64,000 nucleotides of DNA, from the NCBI GenBank assembly GCA_964565875.1, contig CAZMGP010000022.1, positions 1,648 through 65,647 of the forward strand, read 5' to 3'. Under the pieces are notes generated by a model. That model ran no database searches. It saw only the letters and a program-made list of their open reading frames with translations, and was not told the DNA's origin. Positions within the stretch are counted from its first letter, which is position 1. Each line of letters opens with the position of its first letter. This document shows, piece by piece, positions 17,010 through 26,376 of the stretch. Source of the DNA: an uncultured Enterobacteriaceae bacterium (GTDB lineage Bacteria; Pseudomonadota; Gammaproteobacteria; Burkholderiales; SG8-39). The translations under genes were made by a program, and so were the position numbers.

Positions 17010-18794
17010 ATGCCGAAAGTGAAGGGCGCCACGCTCATCTCGGAATTCCTGGTCAAAGAAAAGATCCCCTACGTCTTCGGCATCTGCGGCCACGGCAACA
17101 TCGGCTTGCTCGACGGCTTGTACGAAGTGCGCGACAAAATCAAACTGGTCTCGCCGCGGCACGAACAGACCGCGGCGCACATGGCGGACGGTTTCTTCCG
17201 CGTCAAGCACGAGCCGGTGGCGACGCTCACTTCCACCGGGCCGGGCTCGGCCAACCTGATCATGGCGCTCGCCGTGGCGCAGACCGATTCTTCCGCGCTG
17301 CTCTCCATCACCGCGAACGTGCCCACCTCGCAGTTCAACCGCGGCCCGTTCCAGGAATTGAACCGCCACAACCAGGCCGATTATCCGAACGTCGTGCGGC
17401 CGGTGGTGAAAAGGAGTTTCCAGCCGACGCGCGTCGAAATGCTGCCGCTCGCCCTGCGCCAGGCGGTGACGACCATGACCAGCGGCCGGCCTGGACCGGT
17501 GAACGTCGACATTCCGTTCAACTTGTTCCAGGAAGAGGCCGAGGTCGAACTCGAGTCGGCCTGGCACGGGGTGAACCTGCGCCGCAGCGGCGCCTCGCCC
17601 GAAGACGTGCGCCAGGCACTTGCCATGCTGCTCGAAGCCGAGCGCCCGGTCATCTTCATCGGCCACGGCGTGACGCTGTCGGAAGCGGGTAAGGAACTTA
17701 CCGAACTCGCGCATGCGCTCGAGATTCCGGTGATCAGTTCGCCGAACGGCATGGGCTGCCTGGACATGACCGATGCCCTGTCGCTCGGCTTCATCGGCAG
17801 GAACGGCGCCTATCCGGCGAATCAGGCGGGGCGCCATGCCGACGTGGTGCTGGCGATCGGCGCGCGCTTTGACGACCGCTCGGCTTCGTCCTGGATGCCG
17901 GGCTACTCGTGGAATTTCCCGTCGACCAAACTCATCCACGTCGATGTCGACCATTCCGAACTCGGACGCAATTACGCGCCGGATCTCGGCATCCTCGCCG
18001 ATGCACGCACCTTCCTCGAACAGATACTCGCCGCACTCGCCGCGCGCAGGCTGGAAAAGGGCGGGCGCCTCAAGAAGTGGCATGCGGAGATTGCCAAGTG
18101 GCGCAGCGAGTGGGAAGCCTACATCCGGCCGAACTTCGAGATCCACGCTTCGCCTCTGCGCCCCGAGCGCGTCGTCGCCGACTGCCGCGCGGTGCTGCCG
18201 GATGATGCCATCATTTCGCTCGACTCCGGCATTCATCACAACTGGTTCATGCAGTTCTGGACCGCGCGCCGTCCGCAAACCATGCTCAACACCTGGGGTT
18301 ACTCCGGCATGGGTTTCGGGCCGAGTTCCATACTCGGGGCAAAGCTTGCCGCGCCCGACCGCCCCTGCGTCTCGATCTGCGGCGACGGCGGCTTCACCAT
18401 GGTGCCGCACGTGCTGTGCACCGCAGTGGAGTACAACATCCCCGCCGTGTGGGTGGTGTGGAACAATTTCTCCTGGGCGGCGATCCGCGATCTGCAATAC
18501 GCTTATTTCGACGGCCGCGAAATCGGCACCGGCTTCTATCAGGGACCGGAGCGCAAGCCCTACAACCCGGATTTCGCCGCCTGGGCGCGCGCTGCGGGGG
18601 TGGAGGGATTCACCGTCACCAAATCGGAAGACTTCAAGGGCGCACTCGCGCATGCGATCGCGCTCGGCAAGCCGGCGCTCATCGACGTCCACGTAGATGC
18701 CAACATCCGGCCGCCAGGCACCGGCGCCTGGGCGCTGCCGCCGATTCCGCACAAGGAGCCGGTGTTCGGCGCGAAGTACGTTGCCGGCAAGTAG
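17010..18794 (+). CDS. Thiamine-pyrophosphate-dependent enzyme (acetolactate synthase large-subunit-like; substrate unknown)
   Basis: 594 aa with the three-domain ThDP layout. The N-terminal part reads HEQTAAHMADGF...TSTGPGSANL. The C-terminal ThDP-binding motif is CGDGGFTM...NNFSW. Confidence 0.85.
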   Translation: MPKVKGATLISEFLVKEKIPYVFGICGHGNIGLLDGLYEVRDKIKLVSPRHEQTAAHMADGFFRVKHEPVATLTSTGPGSANLIMALAVAQTDSSALLSITANVPTSQFNRGPFQELNRHNQADYPNVVRPVVKRSFQPTRVEMLPLALRQAVTTMTSGRPGPVNVDIPFNLFQEEAEVELESAWHGVNLRRSGASPEDVRQALAMLLEAERPVIFIGHGVTLSEAGKELTELAHALEIPVISSPNGMGCLDMTDALSLGFIGRNGAYPANQAGRHADVVLAIGARFDDRSASSWMPGYSWNFPSTKLIHVDVDHSELGRNYAPDLGILADARTFLEQILAALAARRLEKGGRLKKWHAEIAKWRSEWEAYIRPNFEIHASPLRPERVVADCRAVLPDDAIISLDSGIHHNWFMQFWTARRPQTMLNTWGYSGMGFGPSSILGAKLAAPDRPCVSICGDGGFTMVPHVLCTAVEYNIPAVWVVWNNFSWAAIRDLQYAYFDGREIGTGFYQGPERKPYNPDFAAWARAAGVEGFTVTKSEDFKGALAHAIALGKPALIDVHVDANIRPPGTGAWALPPIPHKEPVFGAKYVAGK

Positions 18795-18800
18795 CGCGCT

Positions 18801-18885
18801 CTTAGAGTAACAAAACGAGGGGATACCTCCCCTCGTGCTCCCCTAAGTTAGCCCGCAACAAACGACTTTTGTTACGGGTTCTTAG
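18801..18885 (+). other. Structured intergenic element with two hairpins and mutually exclusive alternative pairings
   Basis: Hairpin 1 is CGAGGGGA-tacc-TCCCCTCG (18816-18835). Hairpin 2 is CCCGCAACAAA-cgac-TTTGTTACGGG (18852-18878), followed by TTCTT. GTAACAAAA (18807-18815) can instead pair with TTTTGTTAC (18867-18875). CTCCCCT is duplicated. Confidence 0.4.
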
Positions 18886-18916
18886 CCATAGCGCAGCGCG
18901 ACAGGAGGAGATTACG

Positions 18917-19291
18917 ATGAAAACCAAGGCGAAGTCAGCCGCGCTCATCCGCAACGTAGTGGAAGTACCCTGGCAGGAATTCCCAGCGCATTTCGGCGGC
19001 GCATTGTCCAAGCCGCTGGTGCGCCCGGAGACGGCCGGCTCAAAGCTGATCGACTACCGTATTTCTTGCTATCAGCCCATGGCCTACGTGGCGCTGCACA
19101 CGCACAAAGTGCAGGAGCAGGTGTATCACGTGCTCGACGGCGAGGGCATGATGGAAATGGACGGCAAGCGCCAGGTCGTGCGCAAGCACGACGTCATCTA
19201 CATCCCGCCCGGCGTGGAGCACGCGATATTCAATACCGGGCTTACTGATCTTACCTTCATCGTCGTCACCACCCCGATCGAAGACGCCTAA
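18917..19291 (+). CDS. Cupin domain protein
   Basis: Start at MKTKAKS (ATG 18917, AGGAGGAG RBS 6 nt upstream). Cupin motifs are present: HTHKVQEQVYHVLDGEG and IYIPPGVEHAIFN. Confidence 0.85.
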   Translation: MKTKAKSAALIRNVVEVPWQEFPAHFGGALSKPLVRPETAGSKLIDYRISCYQPMAYVALHTHKVQEQVYHVLDGEGMMEMDGKRQVVRKHDVIYIPPGVEHAIFNTGLTDLTFIVVTTPIEDA

Positions 19292-19319
19292 GCGCTCCCG
19301 ATCGGTTCGCCAGGCGCTT

Positions 19320-20492
19320 CTACTCCGAGCCGAGCTGGAGCCGGTTCGGCTGGCGCTTTTCGATCGCCCATTTCAGCAACGCCGCCGAGCGGTAGATGCC
19401 GTGGGCGAACTTACCGTAGGGAAGCGTCAGGAACAGCGCCATGACGAAGGCGAGATGCAGCGCCAGCAGCAGCGCCATCGAGCCGCTATCGCGCCAGATG
19501 AGCAGGACAAAGCCCGACAAGCTCACGAGGAGCAAGAGCGCGATGAAGCCGCGGTCCATCGGCTTTTGCGCAGCGTCGCCGTGCAGCGGATGGCGGCCGA
19601 GGTTGAGCCAGAGTAGGCCCGCCGGCCCGATCAATAAGCCGATGCCGCCTGTGATGCCGAGCAGCACCGGCAGGCTAGCGACGGGATAGGGCGCGGCCAG
19701 GCCGAGCAGATAGTGATACAAGGTCGCCACTGCGGTCGAGGCGAAGCAGAGGAGAAATCCGTAGAACGTGAAATGGTGGAACTTGCGTCGTGCCAGCGTG
19801 AAGCGGTCGTCGGCTTCGTTGCACCCCTCGCCATGGCCACCGTCCAAATATTTGAGGCTGAGCGCGTCGCCCGCAGCTTCGGCGCCGGCAGCGCCGGGCG
19901 CATCCTGCAGGCGCGCATCCGGAACGACGCCGCGCCAGAAACTGCGCACGCCAAGCCACAGGGCAAGCAATGCGAACACGAACACCGGTGCGAACAGCGA
20001 CACCATCAGATTGTGCGGAAACACGCGATAGAAATCGCCGGCCGGCGGAGCGTTACCGACACTGCCGCCCGGCGTGACGAGCAGCAGCAGAAACACCGCC
20101 AGGCTCAGCGCCAGGGCGAGCGCGAGCGCCAGGCCGTTCTTCCGGTAGAGCTGCCCGAGTCCCGGCGGCCAGGCGTAGTCGGCGTAGCTCTCGAGCCTGA
20201 CCTTGGCCATGGCTTGCGGCACGTTGACGGCGAATTCGTGCGGAGGCGCGTACTGGCAGGCATGCAGGCAGGCGCCGCAGTTGTGGCACAGGTTCGCCAG
20301 ATAGTCGACGTCCGCTTTGCCGAACTCCAGGCGCCGCGTCATTGCCGGAAACACCGCGCAGAAGCCTTCGCAGTAGCGGCAGGCGTTGCAGATCTGCAGT
20401 TGGCGTCCGACTTCGGCGCGTGCGGCGCCCAGCTTGGCTGCGTCGTAGGCGACCGCCTCCAACTTCTGGTTGAATCCATCAAGCGGCAGCAT
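19320..20492 (-). CDS. tcuB: Tricarballylate utilisation protein TcuB (membrane Fe-S protein)
   Basis: 390 aa. Two Cys clusters are present, [11 protein letters not shown] and [11 protein letters not shown], followed by multiple TM helices. It overlaps the tcuA stop by 14 nt. Confidence 0.9.
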   Translation of the reverse strand: MLPLDGFNQKLEAVAYDAAKLGAARAEVGRQLQICNACRYCEGFCAVFPAMTRRLEFGKADVDYLANLCHNCGACLHACQYAPPHEFAVNVPQAMAKVRLESYADYAWPPGLGQLYRKNGLALALALALSLAVFLLLLVTPGGSVGNAPPAGDFYRVFPHNLMVSLFAPVFVFALLALWLGVRSFWRGVVPDARLQDAPGAAGAEAAGDALSLKYLDGGHGEGCNEADDRFTLARRKFHHFTFYGFLLCFASTAVATLYHYLLGLAAPYPVASLPVLLGITGGIGLLIGPAGLLWLNLGRHPLHGDAAQKPMDRGFIALLLLVSLSGFVLLIWRDSGSMALLLALHLAFVMALFLTLPYGKFAHGIYRSAALLKWAIEKRQPNRLQLGSE

Positions 20493-21891
20493 GAATCTTT
20501 CCTTTCAGCGCCGCAACAGCGGACTGGGTGCCGGCGATGCGGCCGAACGTGGTGCCGATGGCCATGCCGACGCCCGCGGTGTAGCCTTTGCCGAGCACGT
20601 TGCCCGCTATGATTTCGCCGGCCGCGAATAGATTGGCGCTCGGCTGACCGCCGAAATGCACCGCGGCCTGATCGTTCACCTTCAATCCGAGGTAGGTGAA
20701 GGTGACGCCCGGCCGCAAGGGGTAGGCGTAGAAGGGAGCGCTGTCGATCGGCCGTGCCCAGTGGGTCTTGGGCGGGCTGAGTCCGGCGGTAGCGCAATCG
20801 TCGAGCGCGGCGTGATCGAAGTTCCCTGGGCGGCAAGCCGCGTTGAAGGTTTCGACAGTGCGCACCAGCGTGTCGGGATCGAGCCCGAGACCGCGGGCGA
20901 GTTCCGGCAAGGTCGCGGCTTTGATCGGCGGAAACACCGGAGGCATGAAGCGCCCGATCGCTTTCGAGTCGATCACCGAATAGGCGATCTGCCCGGGCTG
21001 CATGGTCACGAGCCGCCCCCAGATCGCATAACGCTTGGGCCAGAAGTCCTCGCCCTCGTCGTAGAAACGCTCGGCGCGCTTGTTGACGACGATGCCGAGC
21101 GAAACGCTGTCCACCCGGGTGCAAATGCCGCCGTCGTAGACCGGCGCGCGGGCATCGATGGCGACGCAATGCGACTGCGTCGGGTCGCCGATGGCGTCCG
21201 CTCCGGCGCCGATCAGGAACTTGAGCAGCACGCCCAGGTTATAGCACGTGCCGCGCACCAGAAAATTGTCGCCGACCCATTCTCCGTTGACCTGGCCCCA
21301 GGCTTCGCGCATCCATTCGCGGTTCGATTCGAAGCCGCCGCTCGCGACCACGCAGGCTTTCGCCTCGATGCGCTCCTCGCCCAGGTAGGCCGCGACGAAG
21401 CGGCCGTCGCGCAGCTCCAGCCGATCCACCGCTGCCTCGTAGCGGATCGCCACTCCCAGCCGCTCGGCGCTGCGGTAGTAGGCATTGACCAGCGCCTTGC
21501 CTCCGCCCAGAAAGAAGGCGTTGGTGCGCGACAGCTGCAGGGTGCCCGACAGCGAAGGCTGGAAACGCACGCCGTGGCGGCGCATCCAGTCGCGGCAGCG
21601 CGATGACTCGCGTATCACCAGGCGCGCGAGCGCCTCGTTGGTGAGGCCGCCGGTCACTTTGAGCAGGTCCTGCCAATACTCCTCCTCCGGGTAGGCGTCG
21701 GTGAGCACGTCCTGCGGCGCGTCGTGCATGCAGCGCAGGTTGCGCGTGTGCTGCGAGTTGCCGCCGCGCCATTCGCGTGGCGCGGATTCGAGCAGCAGCA
21801 CGCTCGCGCCGGCTTCGCGCGCCGTCAGTGCGGCGCACAGGGCGGCATTGCCTCCGCCGATCACGAGCACGTCGTAATTGTGGTTGTCCAT
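20479..21891 (-). CDS. tcuA: FAD-dependent tricarballylate dehydrogenase TcuA
   Basis: 470 aa. The N-terminus is [30 protein letters not shown]...[10 protein letters not shown]. It has a fumarate-reductase-like flavoprotein fold and lies directly upstream of tcuB. Confidence 0.9.
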   Translation of the reverse strand: MDNHNYDVLVIGGGNAALCAALTAREAGASVLLLESAPREWRGGNSQHTRNLRCMHDAPQDVLTDAYPEEEYWQDLLKVTGGLTNEALARLVIRESSRCRDWMRRHGVRFQPSLSGTLQLSRTNAFFLGGGKALVNAYYRSAERLGVAIRYEAAVDRLELRDGRFVAAYLGEERIEAKACVVASGGFESNREWMREAWGQVNGEWVGDNFLVRGTCYNLGVLLKFLIGAGADAIGDPTQSHCVAIDARAPVYDGGICTRVDSVSLGIVVNKRAERFYDEGEDFWPKRYAIWGRLVTMQPGQIAYSVIDSKAIGRFMPPVFPPIKAATLPELARGLGLDPDTLVRTVETFNAACRPGNFDHAALDDCATAGLSPPKTHWARPIDSAPFYAYPLRPGVTFTYLGLKVNDQAAVHFGGQPSANLFAAGEIIAGNVLGKGYTAGVGMAIGTTFGRIAGTQSAVAALKGKIHAAA

Positions 21892-22069
21892 CGAATGAAA
21901 CCGTACGTCGAGTCAGCAAAGGCGCTATTGTAATCGCATCGCGCGCTTTCACCATAATAAATGCGTCTTCATATTGCCGGTGTCGGGCCGATCCTAAGGT
22001 ATAATCGGACCCACTGCCGGCGCGGCGCCTTGCGTACCGCGCCGGCTCGCATCGACTAGTCGAGGGTGT

Positions 22070-23530
22070 ATGCCAAAGCAAAGCAAAGACCAGGTGGTCG
22101 CAGCAGGGCGCAGTGCGGCACGCGTGCGCATGCTCATCGGCGGCGAATGGCGCGCCGGCGGCCATGAATACCAAGTGCGCGATCCTTACCGCGGCGACGT
22201 CGTCGCGCGCGTGCCGGAATCGACGCTCGAGGATCTAGACGAAGCGCTCGCCGCGGCCACGGCCGCGCGCGCCAAGTCGGCGGCGACGCCCGGCTATGAG
22301 CGCGCCGCGTTGCTGCGCAAGGTCACCGCGCTGCTCCTCGAGCGCGCGGGCGAGATCGCCGAAGTGATGGCGCGCGAAACCGGCAAGGCGATCAAGGACT
22401 GCAAGGCCGAAGTGGTGCGCTCGCAGGACACGCTGCTCTTGTCGGCGGAAGAGGCAATACGCATTCAGGGCGAGCAGGTGCCGCTCGACGGCACGGCGAT
22501 GGGAGCGGGCAAGATCGCCTTCCTGTTGCGCTTTCCCGTCGGCGTGGTCGCGGGCATCACGCCCTTCAACGCGCCGTTCAATCTCGCCTGCCACAAGATC
22601 GCGCCCGCTCTCGCCGCGGGCAACACCATCGTGCTCAAGGCGCCGCCGCAGTCGCCTTGGACCGTGGCGAAGCTGGTCGAACTGTTCGTCGATGCCGGCA
22701 CGCCGCCCGGATTCGTCAATCTGCTGTTCGGCAACAAGGTCGGGCCGGCTTTGGTGCGCGACCCGCGCGTGGATTTCGTCACCTTTACTGGCTCGAGCCG
22801 GGTCGGCGCGGAGATCAAGGCGGCGAGCGGCCTGCGCCGGGTGGCGCTGGAGCTGGGCGGCAACGGCACGACCATCGTGCACGCCGACGCCGCGATCGAC
22901 GAGGCGGCCCCGGCCTGCGCGCGCAATTCCATGCGGCTCGCCGGCCAGAGCTGCATTTCGGTGCAGAACGTCTACGTGCACGAGAGCATCTACGACAAGT
23001 TCGTCGAGCGGCTGGCGGCCGAAGTGAAGCCGCTCAAACTGGGCGATCCGCTCGATCCCGCCACCGACATCGGCACCTTGATCGACGAAGCGGCGGCGAA
23101 GCGGGTGGAAGCCTGGGTGGAAGAGGCGCTCGCCAAGGGCGCGCGCGCCCTCACTGGCGGCAAGCGCCACGGCGCGCAATACGAGCCGACGGTGCTGGTC
23201 GACGTCGAGCCGGCGATGCGCGTGGTATGCGAAGAAATCTTCGGCCCGGTGGTGACGGTGCAACGCTACCGCGATCTGCCGCCCTTGTTCGAGCGCATCA
23301 GCGCCGGCCAATACGGCTTGCATTGCGGCATCTTCACCAAGTCGATCCAGATCGCCTTCGACGCCATCCGCGCGCTGCGCGTGGGCGGGATCATCGTCAA
23401 CGGCACGTCCACCTGGCGCACCGATCAGCTCGCCTACGGCGGCATCAAGTCTAGCGGCATCGGCCGCGAAGGACCGCACTACGCCGTGCGCGACATGACC
23501 GAGGAGCGGCTTGTGCTGTTCAACCTTTAA
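22070..23530 (+). CDS. NAD(P)-dependent aldehyde dehydrogenase family protein
   Basis: 486 aa. Motifs: FTGSSRVGAEI, the catalytic ELGGNG and GQSCISV. The start could instead be the internal MLIGGEW. Confidence 0.9.
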   Translation: MPKQSKDQVVAAGRSAARVRMLIGGEWRAGGHEYQVRDPYRGDVVARVPESTLEDLDEALAAATAARAKSAATPGYERAALLRKVTALLLERAGEIAEVMARETGKAIKDCKAEVVRSQDTLLLSAEEAIRIQGEQVPLDGTAMGAGKIAFLLRFPVGVVAGITPFNAPFNLACHKIAPALAAGNTIVLKAPPQSPWTVAKLVELFVDAGTPPGFVNLLFGNKVGPALVRDPRVDFVTFTGSSRVGAEIKAASGLRRVALELGGNGTTIVHADAAIDEAAPACARNSMRLAGQSCISVQNVYVHESIYDKFVERLAAEVKPLKLGDPLDPATDIGTLIDEAAAKRVEAWVEEALAKGARALTGGKRHGAQYEPTVLVDVEPAMRVVCEEIFGPVVTVQRYRDLPPLFERISAGQYGLHCGIFTKSIQIAFDAIRALRVGGIIVNGTSTWRTDQLAYGGIKSSGIGREGPHYAVRDMTEERLVLFNL

Positions 23531-23597
23531 GGGTAAGTTCCCGGCGCAGGAGGAGGAAGCGCATCATGGACGCGTTTAGAACGAGCGAGATGGCGAA

Positions 23598-24449
23598 ATG
23601 AAGAAGACGACACGCGGCAAGGCTGCGGTGGCAGTGCAAAGGGCGAGCGCACCGGTGAAGGAGCGCGGCGGGGTACAGTCGATCGAGCGCGCGTTCGCCA
23701 TCGTCGAAGAGGTCGCGCGCAATCGCGACGGCATCGGGCTCGCCGAACTGAGCAAGCGCGTGGGCTTGCACAACAGCACCACGTTCCACCTGGTGAAGAC
23801 CATGGTGTCGCTCGGCTACGTCAGCCAGGTAGAGGATTCGCGCAAGTATCGCATCGGCCGGCGCATGTTTACGCTGGCCGCGGGGGCTCTGGACGAAATC
23901 GAACTCGTCAACGTCGCCACGCCGATCCTGGAGAGGCTCACGCGCGAAACCGGCGAATACACCCACTTCGCCATCCGCTCTGGCGACCAGGTAGTGGTCG
24001 TCGCCAAGGTCGCCGGCACGGGCATCTTCCAAATGGTCGACCGCACCGGGGCGGTGCGTCCGGCGCATGCGACGGCACTGGGCAAGGTATTGCTCGGCTC
24101 GCTCTCGCCGGCGCAGCTCGAGCAGTTCCTCGAGCACTGTGACATGCAGCGCTACACGCCGAAGACCATCGTCGAGCGCGAAGCTCTGCTGCGCGAAATC
24201 GAAGAAGTGAAACGCAAGGGCCTCGCGTTCGACGACGGCGAATTCGACGCCGAGGCGCGCTGCATCGCCGTGCCGGTGCGCGACTTCACCGGCCGCGTCG
24301 CCGGCGCCATCGGCATGTCCGGTCCGATGTGGCGGCTGTCGCTGCAGGCGCTGCAGGAAAAATCGAAATTCGTGCGCGAAGCCGCGGTGGCGCTGTCGAC
24401 GCAGCTCGGCTATCACGCGAAGCAGGAAGCGGCCGAGGCAATCGCCTGA
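23598..24449 (+). CDS. IclR-family transcriptional regulator
   Basis: 283 aa. The N-terminal winged HTH reads VQSIERAFAIVEEVARNRDGIGLAELSKRVGLHNSTTFHLVKTM. The C-terminal IclR effector domain reads GLAFDDGEFDAEARCIAVPV. Confidence 0.9.
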   Translation: MKKTTRGKAAVAVQRASAPVKERGGVQSIERAFAIVEEVARNRDGIGLAELSKRVGLHNSTTFHLVKTMVSLGYVSQVEDSRKYRIGRRMFTLAAGALDEIELVNVATPILERLTRETGEYTHFAIRSGDQVVVVAKVAGTGIFQMVDRTGAVRPAHATALGKVLLGSLSPAQLEQFLEHCDMQRYTPKTIVEREALLREIEEVKRKGLAFDDGEFDAEARCIAVPVRDFTGRVAGAIGMSGPMWRLSLQALQEKSKFVREAAVALSTQLGYHAKQEAAEAIA

Positions 24450-24476
24450 GGCGCAGCCTAGGGCGATAGGCGGCGC

Positions 24477-25364
24477 ATGAAGATCGCCGTCTTCACCAAG
24501 AACAAGGAAAACCCGGCCTATGCCGCGGCGCGGCTCGGCGCCGAGCGCACCGCTGCGCGCCTGGGGGCGCAGGCGGTGCATTACGTGCCGCAGCAGGCTG
24601 ACGACCCGGCCGAGCAGAGCGCGCTCATAGACGCCGCACTCGTCGCTCGCCCCGACGCCATCGTGCTGGTGCCGGTGCATCCCAGCGCGGTCAACCCCGC
24701 GATCGAACGCATCAACGCCGCGCGCATTCCGCTCGTCGCCTGCATCAACCGCTTGGGCGCGGGCGAGTGCGTCGCCTTCGTCGGCTCGGACGATTACGCG
24801 CTCGCCTTCGACATCGGGCGCTATCTGTTCGAGCGGCTGCACGAAGAGGGATCGGTGGTGATCCTGGAAGGCGCGGCGCAGGCCGTGACGAGCATCGCCC
24901 GGGTGCGCGCGTTCCGCGACGCGGCGCAGCGCCATCCCGGGATACGTATCATCGCTGCCGCGAGCGGCCGCTACCTGCAGCAGCCGGCGCGCGCGGCGAT
25001 GGCGCAGCTCCTCGCGGCGCACCCCAGAATAGACGGCGTGCTCGCAGCGAACGACAGCATGGCGATCGGCGCCGTCGAGGCGCTGCGGGCGGCAGGGCGC
25101 CGGGCGCTAGTCGTCGGCGTCAACGCCATCCCGCAGGCGATCGAGGCGATCAAAAGCGGCGACATGCTCGCCACGGCCGATTTCGATGCCATGAGCATGG
25201 CGAGCCTTGCCACCGAGTGTGCGATTCGGCACTTGCGCGGCGAAGCCGTGCCCAAGGAAATCATGCTGCCGGTGCAGCTCGTCGACCGCGGCAATTGTGC
25301 GTCGTGGGACAAGTCCTACGCAGAGCGGCAGTGCCCGACCTGGTCGGAGGCGGTGAAAGACTGA
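24477..25364 (+). CDS. Type-I periplasmic-binding-protein-fold protein (sugar-binding/LacI-core-like) with no signal peptide and no HTH
   Basis: 295 aa beginning MKIAVFTKNKENPAYAAARLGAE. PBP1 features are present: DAIVLVPV, GSDDYALAF and DGVLAANDSMAIGAVEAL. An in-frame TAG at 24459-24461 excludes any N-terminal extension. Confidence 0.8.
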   Translation: MKIAVFTKNKENPAYAAARLGAERTAARLGAQAVHYVPQQADDPAEQSALIDAALVARPDAIVLVPVHPSAVNPAIERINAARIPLVACINRLGAGECVAFVGSDDYALAFDIGRYLFERLHEEGSVVILEGAAQAVTSIARVRAFRDAAQRHPGIRIIAAASGRYLQQPARAAMAQLLAAHPRIDGVLAANDSMAIGAVEALRAAGRRALVVGVNAIPQAIEAIKSGDMLATADFDAMSMASLATECAIRHLRGEAVPKEIMLPVQLVDRGNCASWDKSYAERQCPTWSEAVKD

Positions 25365-25376
25365 TGAGAGGATGAC

Positions 25377-26348
25377 TTGAAGCGAATAATTGGAATTGCT
25401 CTGGCGCTGTGCCTATTCACCGCTGCGGCACCGTCGCGGGCAGATCCCGCCTATCCTGGCCGTCCGCTGCGCATCATCGTGCCGTTCACGCCGGGTGGCA
25501 GCACGGACATCCTCGCGCGCGCGCTCGGCCAGGCGCTGCACGAAACCTGGCGAGTGCCGGTGGTGGTGGAGAACAAGCCCGGCGCCGGCGGGGTCATAGG
25601 CGCGGAAGCGGCGGCGAAGGCGGCGGCCGACGGCTATACGCTGTTCATGGGGCACATCGGCACGCTCGCGGTGAACCCGACGCTGTATCCCAAGCTGCCC
25701 TACGATGCGGTGAAGGACTTCGCTCCGGTGGCGCTGGTGGCCATGGTGCCGAACGTGCTCGTCGTCAATCCGCAGCTGCCGGCGCGCTCGATCGTGGAAC
25801 TGATCGCGCTCGCCAAATCCAAACCCGGGACGCTCGCTTACAGCACCGGGGGAACCGGCAGCGCCGCGCATCTCGCCATGGAGTATTTCAAACTGCAAAG
25901 CGGTACCGACGTCCTGCATGTCCCTTACAAGGGGGCATCGCCCGCGATCACCGACGTGATCGGCGGCCAGGTGTCCATGACCATGACCGGCCTGCCGCCC
26001 CTCTTGGCGCAGATCAAGGCGGGCAAGCTGCGCGCGCTCGGCGTGGCGAGCAGCAAACGGCTCGCGCAACTGCCCGAGGTACCGACCATCGCCGAGGCGG
26101 GACTGCCGGGGTTCGAGGCGAGCCAGTGGTACGGCATCGTCGTGCCGGCGCGCACGCCGCCCGAGATCGTCGAAAAGCTGGCGGCTGAGATTCGCCGCTC
26201 CCTCGCCCGTCCCGAACTGAAGAAGCAGCTCGAGGCGGAAGGGGCGCTGCCTGCGGCGCTGGGCCCGGCCGAGTTCGGCCGCCTCATTCGCAGCGAGATC
26301 GAGCGCTGGGCAAAAGTCATTCGCGCAGCCCATATCCAAGCCGAGTGA
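25377..26348 (+). CDS. Bug/TctC-family substrate-binding protein
   Basis: 323 aa from a TTG start. The signal peptide is MKRIIGIALALCLFTAAAPSRA. The signature is [29 protein letters not shown]...[14 protein letters not shown]. Confidence 0.9.
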   Translation: MKRIIGIALALCLFTAAAPSRADPAYPGRPLRIIVPFTPGGSTDILARALGQALHETWRVPVVVENKPGAGGVIGAEAAAKAAADGYTLFMGHIGTLAVNPTLYPKLPYDAVKDFAPVALVAMVPNVLVVNPQLPARSIVELIALAKSKPGTLAYSTGGTGSAAHLAMEYFKLQSGTDVLHVPYKGASPAITDVIGGQVSMTMTGLPPLLAQIKAGKLRALGVASSKRLAQLPEVPTIAEAGLPGFEASQWYGIVVPARTPPEIVEKLAAEIRRSLARPELKKQLEAEGALPAALGPAEFGRLIRSEIERWAKVIRAAHIQAE

Positions 26349-26376
26349 AGTCGCGCATGCAGCCTAGGGGGACGAG

